A DNA stretch of 63,317 nt, filler included, from Octopus bimaculoides (GCF_001194135.2; 6 parts of 6 records of this genome joined end to end with filler, not necessarily neighbours in it); one strand, 5' to 3'; counted from the first letter of the whole stretch, positions 40,445 through 53,939 are shown. The notes: generated by a model from the letters alone, not told the origin. Translations and numbers: made by a program.

Positions 40445-40812
40445 TGGCGGCAGACAAGTCTAACAATAATGTTTACATTAGGGAAGAGCTCCAAGTATTT
40501 GAACAGTTCCCTTGTAGATATGGAACGATATAAAGGAATCCAATGCAATCCGCTAGGGAGCAGTGCAATGTAAGCCGAAACGATCGTCGTGCTGAATAAA
40601 GCTTACAATACACTCCGACTTACATATCAATCATTTAAGATATGCTAAAAGTTGGACCGAAGAATTCCCTACGTAGATCCTGCAATGAAAGTGCAGTGCC
40701 GTGATTGACACCTCGTAGCCGGGAACGTGCTCTCAAGACACGTAACTTGGGAAAGCCCAAAATAATGTTTGGATACTACATTTTAAAACCGCCTATCTAA
40801 ACTTTAATTTTG

Positions 40813-40814
<2 letters not shown>

Positions 40815-40851
<37 letters not shown>

Positions 40852-40955
40852 TTATCTATCTATCTGTCTATATATCTATCTATTTATCTATATATCTGTC
40901 TATATATCTATCTATTTGTCTATCTATCTATTGATCGATCTATTTATCTATCTAT
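40815..40955. repeat. (TCAA)n grading into degenerate (TCTA)n
   Basis: Directly visible. Confidence 0.9.
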
Positions 40956-41153
40956 ATAAGAAGAAAAGGAAATGGCAATTGGGAAATTGATAATTGTTTA
41001 TTATTTACGGCAATATTATTATTATTTACAGCAATATATATGTATGTGTGTGTACATATAAGTATGTATATGTATATATATGTATATCTGTCTATTCATC
41101 TGTTTACCTGTCTGTCCTTCTGTCTCTCAATCAATCTATCAATCTATCAATCC

Positions 41154-41201
<48 letters not shown>

Positions 41202-42914
41202 ATATATATATATANNNNNNNNNNNNNNNNNNNNNNNNNNNNNNNNNNNNNNNNNNNNNNNNNNNNNNNNNNNNNNNNNNNNNNNNNNNNNNNNNNNNNN
41301 NNNNNNNNNNNNNNNNNNNNNNNNNNNNNNNNNNNNNNNNNNNNNNNNNNNNNNNNNNNNNNNNNNNNNNNNNNNNNNNNNNNNNNNTATATATATATAT
41401 ATATGAAAGCGTGTGTGTTTACAGGGACGGTTGGTGAGATAGAGAAGAAAAGAGTGACAACATTTTAGCTGAAATATTGAATACATCTAGGAAGTGTGTA
41501 GTATTATATCACTTGTAATTGCTTATTAGAATCTCACAATTTAATCAGCGGAATTCACCACAGGGAACGTCATATGAATTGGAAGCAAACTTACTCTGCA
41601 CGTTGATGATAACTAATTACTTTTCGAAATTTTCGTAGAGATTTTGTTAAGATAAATTTCATATTTCAAATATTAAAATAATTGCAAACACGCACATTCA
41701 GCTGAAGACGCATAAGATTAGTTGATATAAATATCTGATTTTGCTTTTCCTTCAAATCCGTATAAAATATGTCGGAAATGACAAAGCATTGATTTATATT
41801 AAGAATCAGTATATTGAGTTCAAAAATATATTGAATTGCTTTAACATCTACAGCAGGGGAAAGAAAAATCATTACTGCCATCTCCATTGAAATACCTAAA
41901 TCCTGGTTTAATAGCAAGCAAATATTCAGAAGCACGCTTCCCTTTTAAATTGTACTTTGACTGATATAAATAGTCGAAAAACAAAAGCTAAAAAACGCAA
42001 ATAGGAATTTATAACATATTTATCGGACATAAAATGTCATTGCTCTCCATCACCTACATTTAACTGTTGCTAAGCAACTGTTCCAGTTAGCTTATCTTTT
42101 GACAGCCAATAATGTTTCTTTCTTTATTAAATACATACTCACACAATGATGTGTATATGTATGTGTGCTACCCTCTCAATTTAACGTTACCGAGAACTTC
42201 ATCATATAATGTAGTAGGTATATCTGTTTATAGAGATCATATCAAAAATACTACAAATTTTATAAAAGTATTCTTCATAAATTCGGGAATTTTAGGTTGC
42301 TAATTGTTCTTTGTTACGGAAAAAGCTAGGATTTCTTCCACCATATTTTGTAAGTTATTTCAGATATTTTTTATGAGCACGGCACAGTTAATTCTCTAAT
42401 ATGAGATTTGTGTGCTTCAAGGAAATGTTTTTTTCCATATTGAAACGTTAAAATCAAATGCTCAAAAATTCGTTCCTAGCAATGTATTTATCTCTTTAAA
42501 TGCTTCAGTAGCATTTGATTATAAAGAGCTCAACAGGAGAATGAAGTAGTTTATCCTAAAAATAAGGAAAATTGTCTTGATTATACGACGGTGAACGATA
42601 TAGAATGGGACATTAGGTGATTTAATTTATGAATACACTTCAACGAATCGCATTTCATTTGACTACAGGCCTTAAAATCGCAAAGGCCTGTGGCAGAAAG
42701 AATGTCATTTAGACCGATTTGTTAACCGTAAAAAAGAAGAAATATATACCATATTTACGTCTATATTTGTGACTTCCTGGAGTAAGATGAAAGTAATTTG
42801 TGCTCACTACATCCTACAGGCTGGTTCAGAGAGAGATAGAATGAGAGAGAGAGAGAGAGAAAGAAAGAGAGGCACAGACACACACACAGATTATTGAAGA
42901 AGCCAAGAATAGTA

Positions 42915-43132
42915 GGGAGAAAGCATAAAATATTGCTTTCAAATTTTGAAAGGCCAGCAATTCCGAGGAAACGGGTGAGTTGATTAGGTGAACCTCAGTG
43001 CTCAACTGGGACTTCGAAAGGAAGAAATCCAATGTCCACCTCGGCCGAATTTTCATTCAGGACGTGAAGATGGACGGAATGTCGCTAAGTATTTTCCCGG
43101 CGTGCTAACGATTCTCCCAGCTCGCGGCCCTG
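42915..43132 (-). mobile_element. SINE family B
   Basis: ttcaaattttgaaaggccagcaattccg...gtgctcaactgggac...gctaacgattctcccagctcgcggcc. Confidence 0.8.
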
Positions 43133-44149
43133 AATGCATCAAATATTAAAACGTTATAACTACAAATCTGATTGACAAATCATTAACTACATATATCCAC
43201 CAGTCTGTCTCTCGTTCATTTGTATACAGGCTGTTTCCGTTGAAGATCTCATTTTCATTTCTCAGTTACGTTTGTAAGGTAGCACAATATTTGTCTTCCA
43301 TTCAAGAATGCTGGGACAAATATGATGGCAAAATCTGTTTGTGCGAATCTACACTCCGCAAGTATAAATTGAACTCGTGCATTAGCAGTAGGCAAGAATA
43401 CTTAGATTGTTCGGAAGCTTTTGGCCCCTATTACCAACAACTTTGACGTTTTCATTCAATCTGTCCAGTAATTTACTCAGCCATGAACTATCTCTCGATG
43501 TCTCTCAGACCCAGCCAAATACTGTTTGTGAGAAGATGGCACACGTTTTTGTAATCCATGTGGCTTTTTTTAAATTTTTATATGTAGACAGTCAGAACAA
43601 CTTTCTTCTGTAAGATTTCAGATGACATGCACATGGCGGTGCTTTGGTGTCTAGCTAGCACTGCACACATGAGGTTCATTTAGAGATACAAACAACAAGT
43701 AAGCAACCGCGGTAGGATCTGATCTCAGAATGTAAAGTCTTAAATTCCGCTAAGCATTTTGTACAACACACTAACGCTTGTCAGTTCATCCCCTTGTCAC
43801 TATTAAAGACAATGAAACTAATTGACAAACACCGACAAGAGGAAAAGGAATACTTATGAAACAGAGAGAAAGCTTTTAAGTATATCTCTGGTCTCACATC
43901 ACTGACCTATGAGTAAACATTATATTCTAGATATTATAACTTCTACAAAATATCAACATTCTGTCTATCAAATCCTCTCTTTCATACATTAGAATAGAAA
44001 GAACTTGACACAACATAAACCTAGATAACAAGAAGTACACTTGATGGTCTCACATTTGATTATATGTCTCTTCCATTTGTGCTGACAAATGGTTTAAAAC
44101 AAAAACAAAAATTAACGCCGCTTCTATTGCTTGGAATTTCCATTGTCAC

Positions 44150-44410
44150 AATTTGATAACATTTCATCATTATAACCGTAACGGCCATCATCAAACACAT
44201 CTCCATGCAATTACCATCGATATCACTATGACTACTGCCGGCTCATTATTATCAGATATAGCTACTATCGACATCATTCTCACTGTCACAACCAACGCTG
44301 CCGCCGGCATCACTAACACTACCACGAACATCGCAGCGACAGTGATGACGATGACTTTCACTACATGCACCACTATTGACATCAGCACACCCACAACCAC
44401 CAACTCAGTA
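44150..44410. repeat. Degenerate (CAT/CAC/ACT)n low-complexity tract
   Basis: Trinucleotide periodicity explains the Thr/Ile- and Val-rich ORFs here. Confidence 0.75.
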
Positions 44411-45319
44411 TCCTGTGAAACTTGCAGTTTTAGCTTTGTAACATAGCAGCACCTTATCAATTTTACAAAGCATTCTGGTTAATTGAAATCCAATAAGTCG
44501 GAGGAGAGACATTCTCATTTTGTTTCTCATTCCATGTGAGGAAGAAATGCATATTGATCTAGTTTTTCCAATGAGATCAGAAAATTTTCGAAAAGCTATT
44601 AAACCATGTTATCTTTTTCTCCGATTCTATTGCTGCCAACAATTATTTCTATAAATTTCTTTGATGTGGTTTGTTTATTTCAAAATTCTTCAGAAATATA
44701 AATTGATTTTGCTTTCTCGTCACCGCCAGCTCTAACAACAACCATTTATCTTTTTCTTTTCTTTTCTTTTTGGTCTCTGGAACAATATTTGTTTATATTG
44801 ATTGTGCACAAATACCCTATATTTTACGGGGGAGGTAAATGAGACGTTGTGACATGCAACACTATTACTTGCATATAAAACGTGTACACAGAATGAATTG
44901 AGAATCAAATCCCGTCCGCATTCTCGACTCGCCGCAGTCTTACCTCATGCATTATGATTATTGTTATAGCTGTGGCTGTGGCTGATCTATCATAAGATGT
45001 CAGTTCTCATCGAGACCGAACAAATGAGCAACTAGAGATGTTCCAGCCATGAATACCGCACTATTATCCTAAAGAGCTTCTAAAGGATAACTTTAAATAA
45101 TGTGCCGCTCAATTAATTATTTCTAATTTTAATTAATTGATACTCTGCTCCAAAAAAAGAAAAAAATGAGAAACAAATGTCATTATTTTATATAAACCAC
45201 TGTCCTGTATATACTGGAAATTCCGGTTGTTTCAGTACGTTACATGCTGTTGTTAGAAGAATTGTAATCACTTATTCAATGAAAAATCACTCTGCTAAAG
45301 ATACAGGTTCGCATTCATA

Positions 45320-46145
45320 GCAGTGTTTCATCAATAAGAATCAAGAATGTTGCCATAGTAACGAAACTGTAGCACGCAGAGTAAAGCCACCTAGCACAGA
45401 CTAAATATGGATTCTACTGCTGCTACGCACGAAAGTCTATCGTTCGAGCTCATTTCTGCAGTTTACAGCAGTGCTTGGAAGGAAAGTGTGTAGCGTATGT
45501 TCGTAGCATTGGCCATGAGAGAGAATGTTGTCATGGTGATGCCTACTGAGAGGCCTACGCAAAGTTGCAGAACATGTATGGAGTGGAATATATGAGCCGC
45601 ACATAAGTCTACGAATGGTTCAAACGTTTCCAAGATGGCCGAAAAAATGCCGATGTTTATGATCGTTCTGGGAGACCAGCAACCAGAAGAACTGAGAAAA
45701 ACACTCCAGATGCGCGTGCAGCTGCCAGGGGAAATCGTCGAATCACCATCCGTGTGTCATCACAGGATTTGCAGATTAGTTACGGTTCATTTCAGTCTTT
45801 TACCACTGACGATTTGGGTATGAGACGCGTGTCTGCCACGTTTGTGCAAAAATTACTTTCAGTTGCTCAAGGTCTTCTTGTTTGTGTCGAGAAAACGTTT
45901 TGAAAACTTTGCGTAGGCCTCTGAACACATGTTGCCAAGCCTTTCGCAAAATTTGATGTACATTCTCTACTCAATTTCCTCTGTCATGTTCAATGCGACA
46001 ACCACTAGCTACACACGTTCCTTCCAGATACTGCTGTAAACAGCGGAACTGATCTAGAACGTTATACTTAGTGCGCATGCTTTACTCTGCGTGCTTTAAC
46101 TTCGTTAATATGGGAACTGTCCGGATACTCATCCAGCAGACCACG
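45320..46145 (+). mobile_element. Non-autonomous mariner-derived foldback element, copy 1
   Basis: Transposase N-terminus (VYEWFKRFQDGR...RSGRP...RRITIR...ISYGS...MRRVSATFVQKLL) fused to an inverted copy of the element's 5' end; right end ...ccggatactcatccagcagaccacg followed by TA. Confidence 0.85.
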
Positions 46146-47949
46146 TATATGCATTTGCAGTTAACAACAAAACTTTTTAGTATTTTGTGGAATTAGTTGT
46201 TGAGCAGATATATTGAATTTCTTGTGGTGTTTAATTCAGACGGTTTAATTTAGGAATTCAAATTGGCAAGATATCATTGTTGCTTCTAAACAACTGGATC
46301 AACATCATGTAAACATCAAGTACTATGTTAAACTTAATCCGTTATACATATCCATAAATTTTGGGATTATATGACTATATCTGAAATCAGTTTAAGTACG
46401 AGGATCAGAATTCATGTTGCCAATAAAATTGAAACTTTGGAGACTTGTATAATTCAATGTGTCCGAAATTGTGTTCTTTTGTACGCAAAATAGATTACCG
46501 GTCTGCTTATGCAGACGACTTAAAAATTTTATTTTATTCAATTAATGCTAATCGTTTTCTCAGTGATCTATGCACAAATACGAATATTAAAGTATATTGT
46601 ACATGATTACAAATTTGGGTAGTTATAAAGATGAAAATAATTTATATCAGCATTGGTGCTTATTAGAACACTTCAGCTTCATTCGAAATCGCCAAGCAAC
46701 ATAACTAACTTAATACGTATTTTATTGATCCAACGATTTATGTTCGCTAAGCATATTACGGCTGAAACATATGTGCCCTGTCACTTGTTATGAATTCTCA
46801 GAGATCAAGAAACACAAACTAATCGCTCTACTTCACTCGGATTTTAGCATTTACTATTGCCCGTGTAACCGTTGTCAGGATGGCTAGAATGTAAAACTAC
46901 AAACTCCTGTTTGTAAACTAATAATGCTGAGTTTGATGATAATTTTTGTCACCAATAGCTCTCAGAACACGAAATACCTATTAATTTGTTATTCAACCAC
47001 GCGCATGTATTGTCAACTGTAGGGTACAATACAGACCATGTCTCATTAATTCTTTTGTTTTGGCTGATAAGCCACCCACATTGTACACGAAGAACAGAGT
47101 AAGTGAATGTTTATCGCTGAACATTTATCCTGTATATATTAGTTATTCAGTAAACTGAATGGCTGATACGAGGAGTGAGCTAGGAGGGACTTTCAAATTG
47201 TTGGCATGTAATAATTTGTACTATGCTTAATAATAGGATGTTAGATATTCAATCTGCTTCATAAATTTGTGCTTATACTACAAGAGAGAATGAAGAAAAA
47301 TGTGAAGCAGTTTATGCATTGCATAATTGGCAAGTATTTCATTAGTTTGGTGTTCAACGGAAAATGCTTTTCGATCCTTTAAAATGAAAGCAAAATTGAA
47401 TTACCTCATCGCTTTAATAAAGGTTTATATATAACAAAAGTGATAATTTCAAAGCTTGCTAAGCGGTGGGAATTATAACTTTGTCAAGAGTGGCGAGAGA
47501 TTTAACCGAACAATCGAATGTGTTTAATTTCATTTGTGTTTATAATATACTACTTAAATTATTATATATTTTACCGTGTTTTTATATAATGTCTGCCGTT
47601 TGTAGCAAAATTGCTTTGAGCGATCTAAGTATCAATTTTATATTTAGAGAGCAATTTGTACTCCATAAAATAATTACAAGTATCATTCTGTTTCAAACAC
47701 TCATGTAATCCCATCAGTAAATATATCAGTAATAACAATGCAAACCAAAAAATATCTTAGCAAACGATTTCCTTATATGCAATATGGAAAAGAAAATGTT
47801 TATAAAATTCACACTACGCAATTGCATCCATACGTACACATCTATACACATGCCTACGTACAATAAGTCATCAATAAATGAATACGCACAAACAAGTGCA
47901 TATATACAGTTCCATACTTAAGAAATGAGGAATTATGTACATTATTTAC

Positions 47950-48129
47950 ATTATTTACATTCGACTGATATTTGTCCTCATCTTGTTTCTTGTTAACACA
48001 ACGTTTCGGCTGATATATCCTCTAGCCTTCTTCTCCAAGTCACCTGAAAAAGGTTGGAGGGTATATCAGCTGAAACGTTGTGTTAACAAGAAACAAGATG
48101 AGGACCAATATCCGACGAATGTAAATAAT
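47950..48129. repeat. Hairpin element: 84-bp arms, 12-nt loop, Penelope-hammerhead-like arm sequence
   Basis: 47950-48033 versus the reverse complement of 48046-48129, about 8 mismatches. Arm consensus gaagaaggctagag(g/a)tatatcagccgaaacgttgtgttaac. Confidence 0.9.
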
Positions 48130-48847
48130 ATAAGTGCATATATAATGATATTGGTACACGTAAGTCTTTACATCCATACATACCTATTTAAGTATTTCTA
48201 TATTCATACACAAATACAAAAGTCGACATTCTATTATGAACATCAGCCCGTTTGATTAAAATTTTGATGTAATAACTCCATAACATTGGTATAACCATTT
48301 CGACTGTGTTGTCGCTGGAAATTTTAATGTTGTGGAAAAAAAAGAAAAGGCGAAGAAAGAAAAGAAGAAGAAACAGATACGAAAACCAGTTCACGGAAAA
48401 TTATGTTTACAAATGCTTGTTCTAATAAAGTCTACCAGATATTTGCATCTTCAAGTTGTTGGAAAATTACGTGATGTGAGGGGTTTCGGAGTCTTGGTAG
48501 TGGGGCTTATTTCACAATATCTAAAACATGAGCACACATGAATGACTACGCTTTTATGTCTACATACGTACATTTTTACATGCATTTTCTTCCAATTTGT
48601 TAATACACACGCGCGCACATACATACACACATATATTTATATATATATATATATACATGCACACATATATATTAATATACATATATGCATATATAAAATA
48701 TTTATAGACATAAGTATACATGTGCGTGCGTGTATATTGATGTTTATAAACATATATAATATGCATACATAAATACACATATGTATGTACATATGTACAT
48801 ATATAAATACGCATTTGTGCGTTTATATATATATATACTTACACAAG

Positions 48848-48922
<75 letters not shown>

Positions 48923-49022
48923 NNNNNNNNNNNNNNNNNNNNNNNNNNNNNNNNNNNNNNNNNNNNTTAATTAATTAANNNNNNNNNNNNNNNNNNNNNN
49001 NNNNNNNNNNNNNNNNNNNNNN
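48923..49022. other. Artificial scaffold join
   Basis: 44 N + TTAATTAATTAA + 44 N. Confidence 0.95.
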
Positions 49023-49039
<17 letters not shown>

Positions 49040-49060
<21 letters not shown>

Positions 49061-49322
49061 GATGGGCTTATGTATGTATGTATTTGTGTGTGTGTGTATG
49101 TGAGTGTGTGTGTATTTGTCCTCCCACCGCCACCGCTTGACAATCGATACTGATGTGCTTATGTCCCCGTAACTTAGCGGTTCGGCAAAATATCACAATA
49201 GAATAAGTACCAGGCTTATAAAGAATAAGTCTTGGGGTCGATTTCTTTGACTAACACCCTTTAAGGCAGTGCTCCAGCTTGGCAGCAGTCAAATAACTGA
49301 AACAAATAAAAAAATAAAAGAA
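49040..49322 (+). mobile_element. SINE family A, 3' half
   Basis: ccgcttgacaatcgatactgatg...cccgtaacttagcggttcggcaaaa...gcagtcaaataactgaaacaaataaaa. Confidence 0.85.
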
Positions 49323-49384
49323 ATATGTGTGTGTGTAGTATGTATGTATGTATGTATGTATGTATGTGGATATCAAAAGGTGAT

Positions 49385-49620
49385 CTTTATATCCAACTTG
49401 ACGTGGATGTTTTGATAAGACAGCGAATATTAGGTTATTTACTTTGAGGGGAACTCTCATATTCACACAAGACACATCTTTATATCGTTGGTAGAACAAG
49501 GATCGCCTGCTACTGATGAGGCGGGGGTATGTCGAAATCACATGATCTAACTGTTCTGGGGCCCGTGTCTGACAATTCTCATCTGCCAGTGATATAAATA
49601 TGAGGCACCACGAGCCCATA
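49385..49620 (-). mobile_element. Possible LINE APE-endonuclease C-terminal remnant
   Basis: QLDHVISTYPRLISS...YKDVSC resembles the xIDHI...SDH region of APE domains; degenerate. Confidence 0.4.
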
Positions 49621-49754
49621 TGAGAGGTTCTCTCACGGTAAATAACGCAGTATTCACTGTTCTAACAATACAGCTACATTAAGTTGGATTTAAAGATTGC
49701 CTCTTGGTATCAATACTGCTTCAAACATTAATAATTTCGCGCACGCACACGAAC

Positions 49755-50028
49755 GTGTGATTCGATGTTGCACTCACAATCGTGAGATAGGAGTTTCGAT
49801 TCCCAGATCTGTTGCACGCTGTGTTCTTGACCAAAACACTTAATTTCACGTCGCCCTAGTTCACTCGGTTCTCAATGGGTAACACTGCGATGGAGTATCC
49901 TTCAGGTCACCAAAAAGATTGTTGCTCTGCTTGCCTTGCCAACTGGATGACATAATTCGAAAGCTAAAACAGTACAAAGTGCATTGTGCTAAGTAATGTG
50001 TAACAGCATCCGATAATCTGATCGATAC
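49755..50028 (+). mobile_element. SINE family C (tRNA head plus V-domain-like core)
   Basis: tgttgcactcacaatcgtgagataggagtttcgattcccag...gtgttcttgaccaaaacacttaatttcacg...actgcgatggag. Confidence 0.65.
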
Positions 50029-50879
50029 NNNNNNNNNNNNNNNNNNNNNNNNNNNNNNNNNNNNNNNNNNNNNNNNNNNNNNNNNNNNNNNNNNNNNNNN
50101 NNNNNNNNNNNNNNNNNNNNNNNNNNNNNNNNNNNNNNNNNNNNNNNNNNNNNNNNNNNNNNNNNNNNNNNNNNNNNNNNNNNNNNNNNNNNNNNNNNNN
50201 NNNNNNNNNNNNNNNNNNNNNNNNNNNNNNNNNNNNNNNNNNNNNNNNNNNNNNNNNNNNNNNNNNNNNNNNNNNNNNNNNNNNNNNNNNNNNNNNNNNN
50301 NNNNNNNNNNNNNNNNNNNNNNNNNNNNNNNNNNNNNNNNNNNNNNNNNNNNNNNNNNNNNNNNNNNNNNNNNNNNNNNNNNNNNNNNNNNNNNNNNNNN
50401 NNNNNNNNNNNNNNNNNNNNNNNNNNNNNNNNNNNNNNNNNNNNNNNNNNNNNNNNNNNNNNNNNNNNNNNNNNNNNNNNNNNNNNNNNNNNNNNNNNNN
50501 NNNNNNNNNNNNNNNNNNNNNNNNNNNNNNNNNNNNNNNNNNNNNNNNNNNNNNNNNNNNNNNNNNNNNNNNNNNNNNNNNNNNNNNNNTATATATATAT
50601 ATATATATATATATCATGTCCATCGCCACCATCATCGTTTTAACATCTACTTTCAAGACTTGCATTGGTTGAGGCAGATCATGTTCTGCGGTTAGATAAC
50701 ATTCCTGTCTAGTACCTCCGACTATTTCTAAGTAAGATGATATTTTGCCATACTCAGATATATCTTTTACAGATAACAGAAGATGGACATCATTGCTTAT
50801 ATGATGAAAATGCTCGTTTGCTACCACCACATAATATCTAGACAAGGATTCTCACAAACACATATACATGCACATACTG

Positions 50880-51170
50880 GCTCTGAATGCAGAAGACGTG
50901 CAAGGCTAGAGAGGAATGAACCTAGTATGCTCCGCTGAATCTGCAATGTCAGTGTACATTTGCGACAGAACGCTAATGTATTGAGAGAAAAGTTGAGCAT
51001 TAAAGGAATTATATGTAGAGTGGAAGAGAGAAAACTGCGCTGGTTTGGTCATGTGATGCGTATGGATGTAGACAGTTGCATACAGAAGTGCCGATCTTTA
51101 AAGTGGATGGAATTTGTGGAAGAGGGAGACTCAGGAAGACATGGCACAAAGAAGACCCTTTAAGATGATC
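50880..51170 (+). mobile_element. LINE (RTE/CR1-type) C-terminal remnant
   Basis: LREKLSIKGIICRVEERKLRWFGHVMRMDVDSCIQKCRSL: the LRWFGHVxRM motif. Confidence 0.8.
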
Positions 51171-51185
51171 TAACCGAAAAGAAAA

Positions 51186-51835
51186 ATTACGTCGGGTTAT
51201 GTGGAGACAATTTCAAAAGGCGCTACGCAAACTGCACATCGACAAAAGGAAAGCCACTAAGTTGGCTAACCACATATGGAATTTGAAAACCAGTTGCAGA
51301 CCACACAACCAAGCAGAGATTCATAGAGAAATCCATGCTATATGTTAAAGGATCTAAAGAATGCAGTATATGCGTAGCTGAAAAACCACACATTCCTTTT
51401 AAATATAAGAATTCAACGCATTACTGAAGTCCAGATCCAGAATTTTCAGCATATGCAAGCATATGGATAAATTTCTTTTGGTAAACTGGAGGACATAACG
51501 TTCTCCGGAGTGAGCAGCTGTGTCACAGAATTTGGTCTTTTCTCCCTTGAATAATTCTACAACTAGCTTAATTATTGCTTTTCGGTCAAGGAGACATAAC
51601 TAATTTTCTTTCATTTGTTTTTTCGTTTTTATTCACCCTTCCACTTTTTGCATCCACTTTCTCGTTTTTCTCGTGGTTTCTCTTGTCTCATCATTCTGAT
51701 TTTCAAATTTAATAGACCATTTGCTCATTGCTTGAGATTGCTTGGACACTCAAGGCATGTTATAAAAATCTACTTAGACACGTGTCTCCAATGCAGGAAA
51801 CTATTAGTACCCGTAACATTATACTGCATACATTA
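51186..51835 (+). mobile_element. Penelope-like element: decayed GIY-YIG endonuclease and 3' region
   Basis: YVGLCGDNFKRRYAN...KLANHIWNLK...KECSICVAEK...SICKHMDKFLL, then a T-rich 3' region ending in a decayed hammerhead-like motif. Confidence 0.75.
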
Positions 51836-52371
51836 AAAGATATGCGTATGTGTGCATATGTGTATGTGCGCGCGCGCGTATGAATATACACACCTACTGC
51901 ATCCTATTAAACTAAAAATAGACGCCCAAAATTTTACCAAAATATATTTTCGTGCGACACACTTGACTATGTGTGTTTGTGTATGTATGTATGTGCGTGT
52001 GTGTATGTGTATTCACGTGCGTGCGTATATGCATATATACATATGTTCTTAATAGGTGTGTACGCTTAAAACATTTTCCATATGTCTTCACAGATGTATG
52101 TGTTTCGGAATATACGAATGTACTTGTATAATTTGAGTAACCATTCGGATGTACTTATATGTATTGTACGAGATAAGATCGACAAACCTATTGTTCTTTT
52201 AATTTAGTTTCTCCCCTTTCATTACTTTGTACCTTCATAAGATACACCAATAAGTGTATCCACAATAGTGTATTTATATAATTGTGTATTTATGTATGCA
52301 TAAAGATACGTATGTGTACGCTTGCGTGTGTGTGTGTGCGTGCGTGTATGTGTGTGCGCGTGTGCGCGCGC

Positions 52372-52407
<36 letters not shown>

Positions 52408-52599
52408 TTAACAGGTGGTCATTAGTTCGTCAAGATGTTCAACTTTGGAGGAAACAATAATGACCTCCAGTTCATAAGGGGTGCGGTTGTTTTGAAATGT
52501 AGCCTGTACATGAAGTGACGGATGGAGCCGAGGATCGACCGCTTATGGACATTTCTGGAATGCCAGAATGGGTTGATGTCCTTGTTGATGTTCGTGGTG

Positions 52600-52683
52600 T
52601 TGATGATGACGAAGATCACAACGACGACGACGACGATGATGGATGTGGTGGTAGTGGGGATGAAAATGATGACAACAACGACA

Positions 52684-52718
<35 letters not shown>

Positions 52719-52849
52719 AAGGGATATAGAATATCTCCACTGATATTAGGACCTGCATCACAGACATAAATCATCACCACCACCAGCGCCATTACTATCA
52801 CCACTGTCTCCACTACCTTCACCACCACCACCACCACCACGACGACGAC
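52600..52849. repeat. Compound (GAC/GAT)n and (CAC)n trinucleotide tracts
   Basis: Directly visible. Confidence 0.9.
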
Positions 52850-53448
52850 NNNNNNNNNNNNNNNNNNNNNNNNNNNNNNNNNNNNNNNNNNNNNNNNNNN
52901 NNNNNNNNNNNNNNNNNNNNNNNNNNNNNNNNNNNNNNNNNNNNNNNNNNNNNNNNNNNNNNNNNNNNNNNNNNNNNNNNNNNNNNNNNNNNNNNNNNNN
53001 NNNNNNNNNNNNNNNNNNNNNNNNNNNNNNNNNNNNNNNNNNNNNNNNNNNNNNNNNNNNNNNNNNNNNNNNNNNNNNNNNNNNNNNNNNNNNNNNNNNN
53101 NNNNNNNNNNNNNNNNNNNNNNNNNNNNNNNNNNNNNNNNNNNNNNNNNNNNNNNNNNNNNTCTTCATGTCTCCGCTTTAGGAAATGGCAAATATTTCTA
53201 TATCTTGGAATTTACTGACCTCCAAACAGCTTTTTTGGAATAGAATAAACACAAACACTCCACTCCTCTCGTCTGTCCGTGTGTCTGTCTATGTGTGTGT
53301 GTGTGTGTGTTTGTGCGCGCGCGCACGTGTCATTCCAGTGGCCACACAACATTCTTCTCTCTCTTATAACAAGAGAAAACTGTGGTCATTGCGATGCCTC
53401 AGGAGAGACTAAACACTCACATCGTCTCACTCTCTCTCTATCTCTCTC

Positions 53449-53493
<45 letters not shown>

Positions 53494-53562
53494 CACACTT
53501 TATCTATCTCCATATGTATAAACACACACACATATACATATGTATGTATGTATGTATGTGTA

Positions 53563-53939
53563 TACTCTTTACTCTTTTACTTGTTTCAGTCATTTGACTG
53601 CGGCCATGCTGGAGCACCGCCTTTAGTCGAGCAAATCGACCCCAGGACTTATTCTTTGGAAGCCTAGTACTTATTCCATCGGGTTCTTTTGCCGAACTGC
53701 TAAGTTACGGGGACGTAAACACACCAGCATCGGTTGTCAAGCGATGATGGGGGTTGGACAAACATATACACACACATATATATACATATACATATATACG
53801 ACGGGCTTCTTTCAGTTTCCGTCTACCAAATCCACTCACAAGGCTTTGGTCGGCCCGAGGCTATAGCAGAAGACACTTGCCCAAGGTGCCACGCAGTGGG
53901 AATGAACCCGGAACCATATGGTTGGTAAGCTAGCTACTT
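53563..53939 (-). mobile_element. SINE family A, young near-complete copy
   Basis: Nearly identical to 2081-2500, with CpGs retained. Confidence 0.92.

Noticed and set aside
50690-50760. EYGKISSYLEIVGG as the missing PPIP5K EYGIT...LEI exon
   Set aside because: No AG acceptor before the Glu codon, spacing is off by one residue, and the following sequence does not match CTPL..KI..DL.
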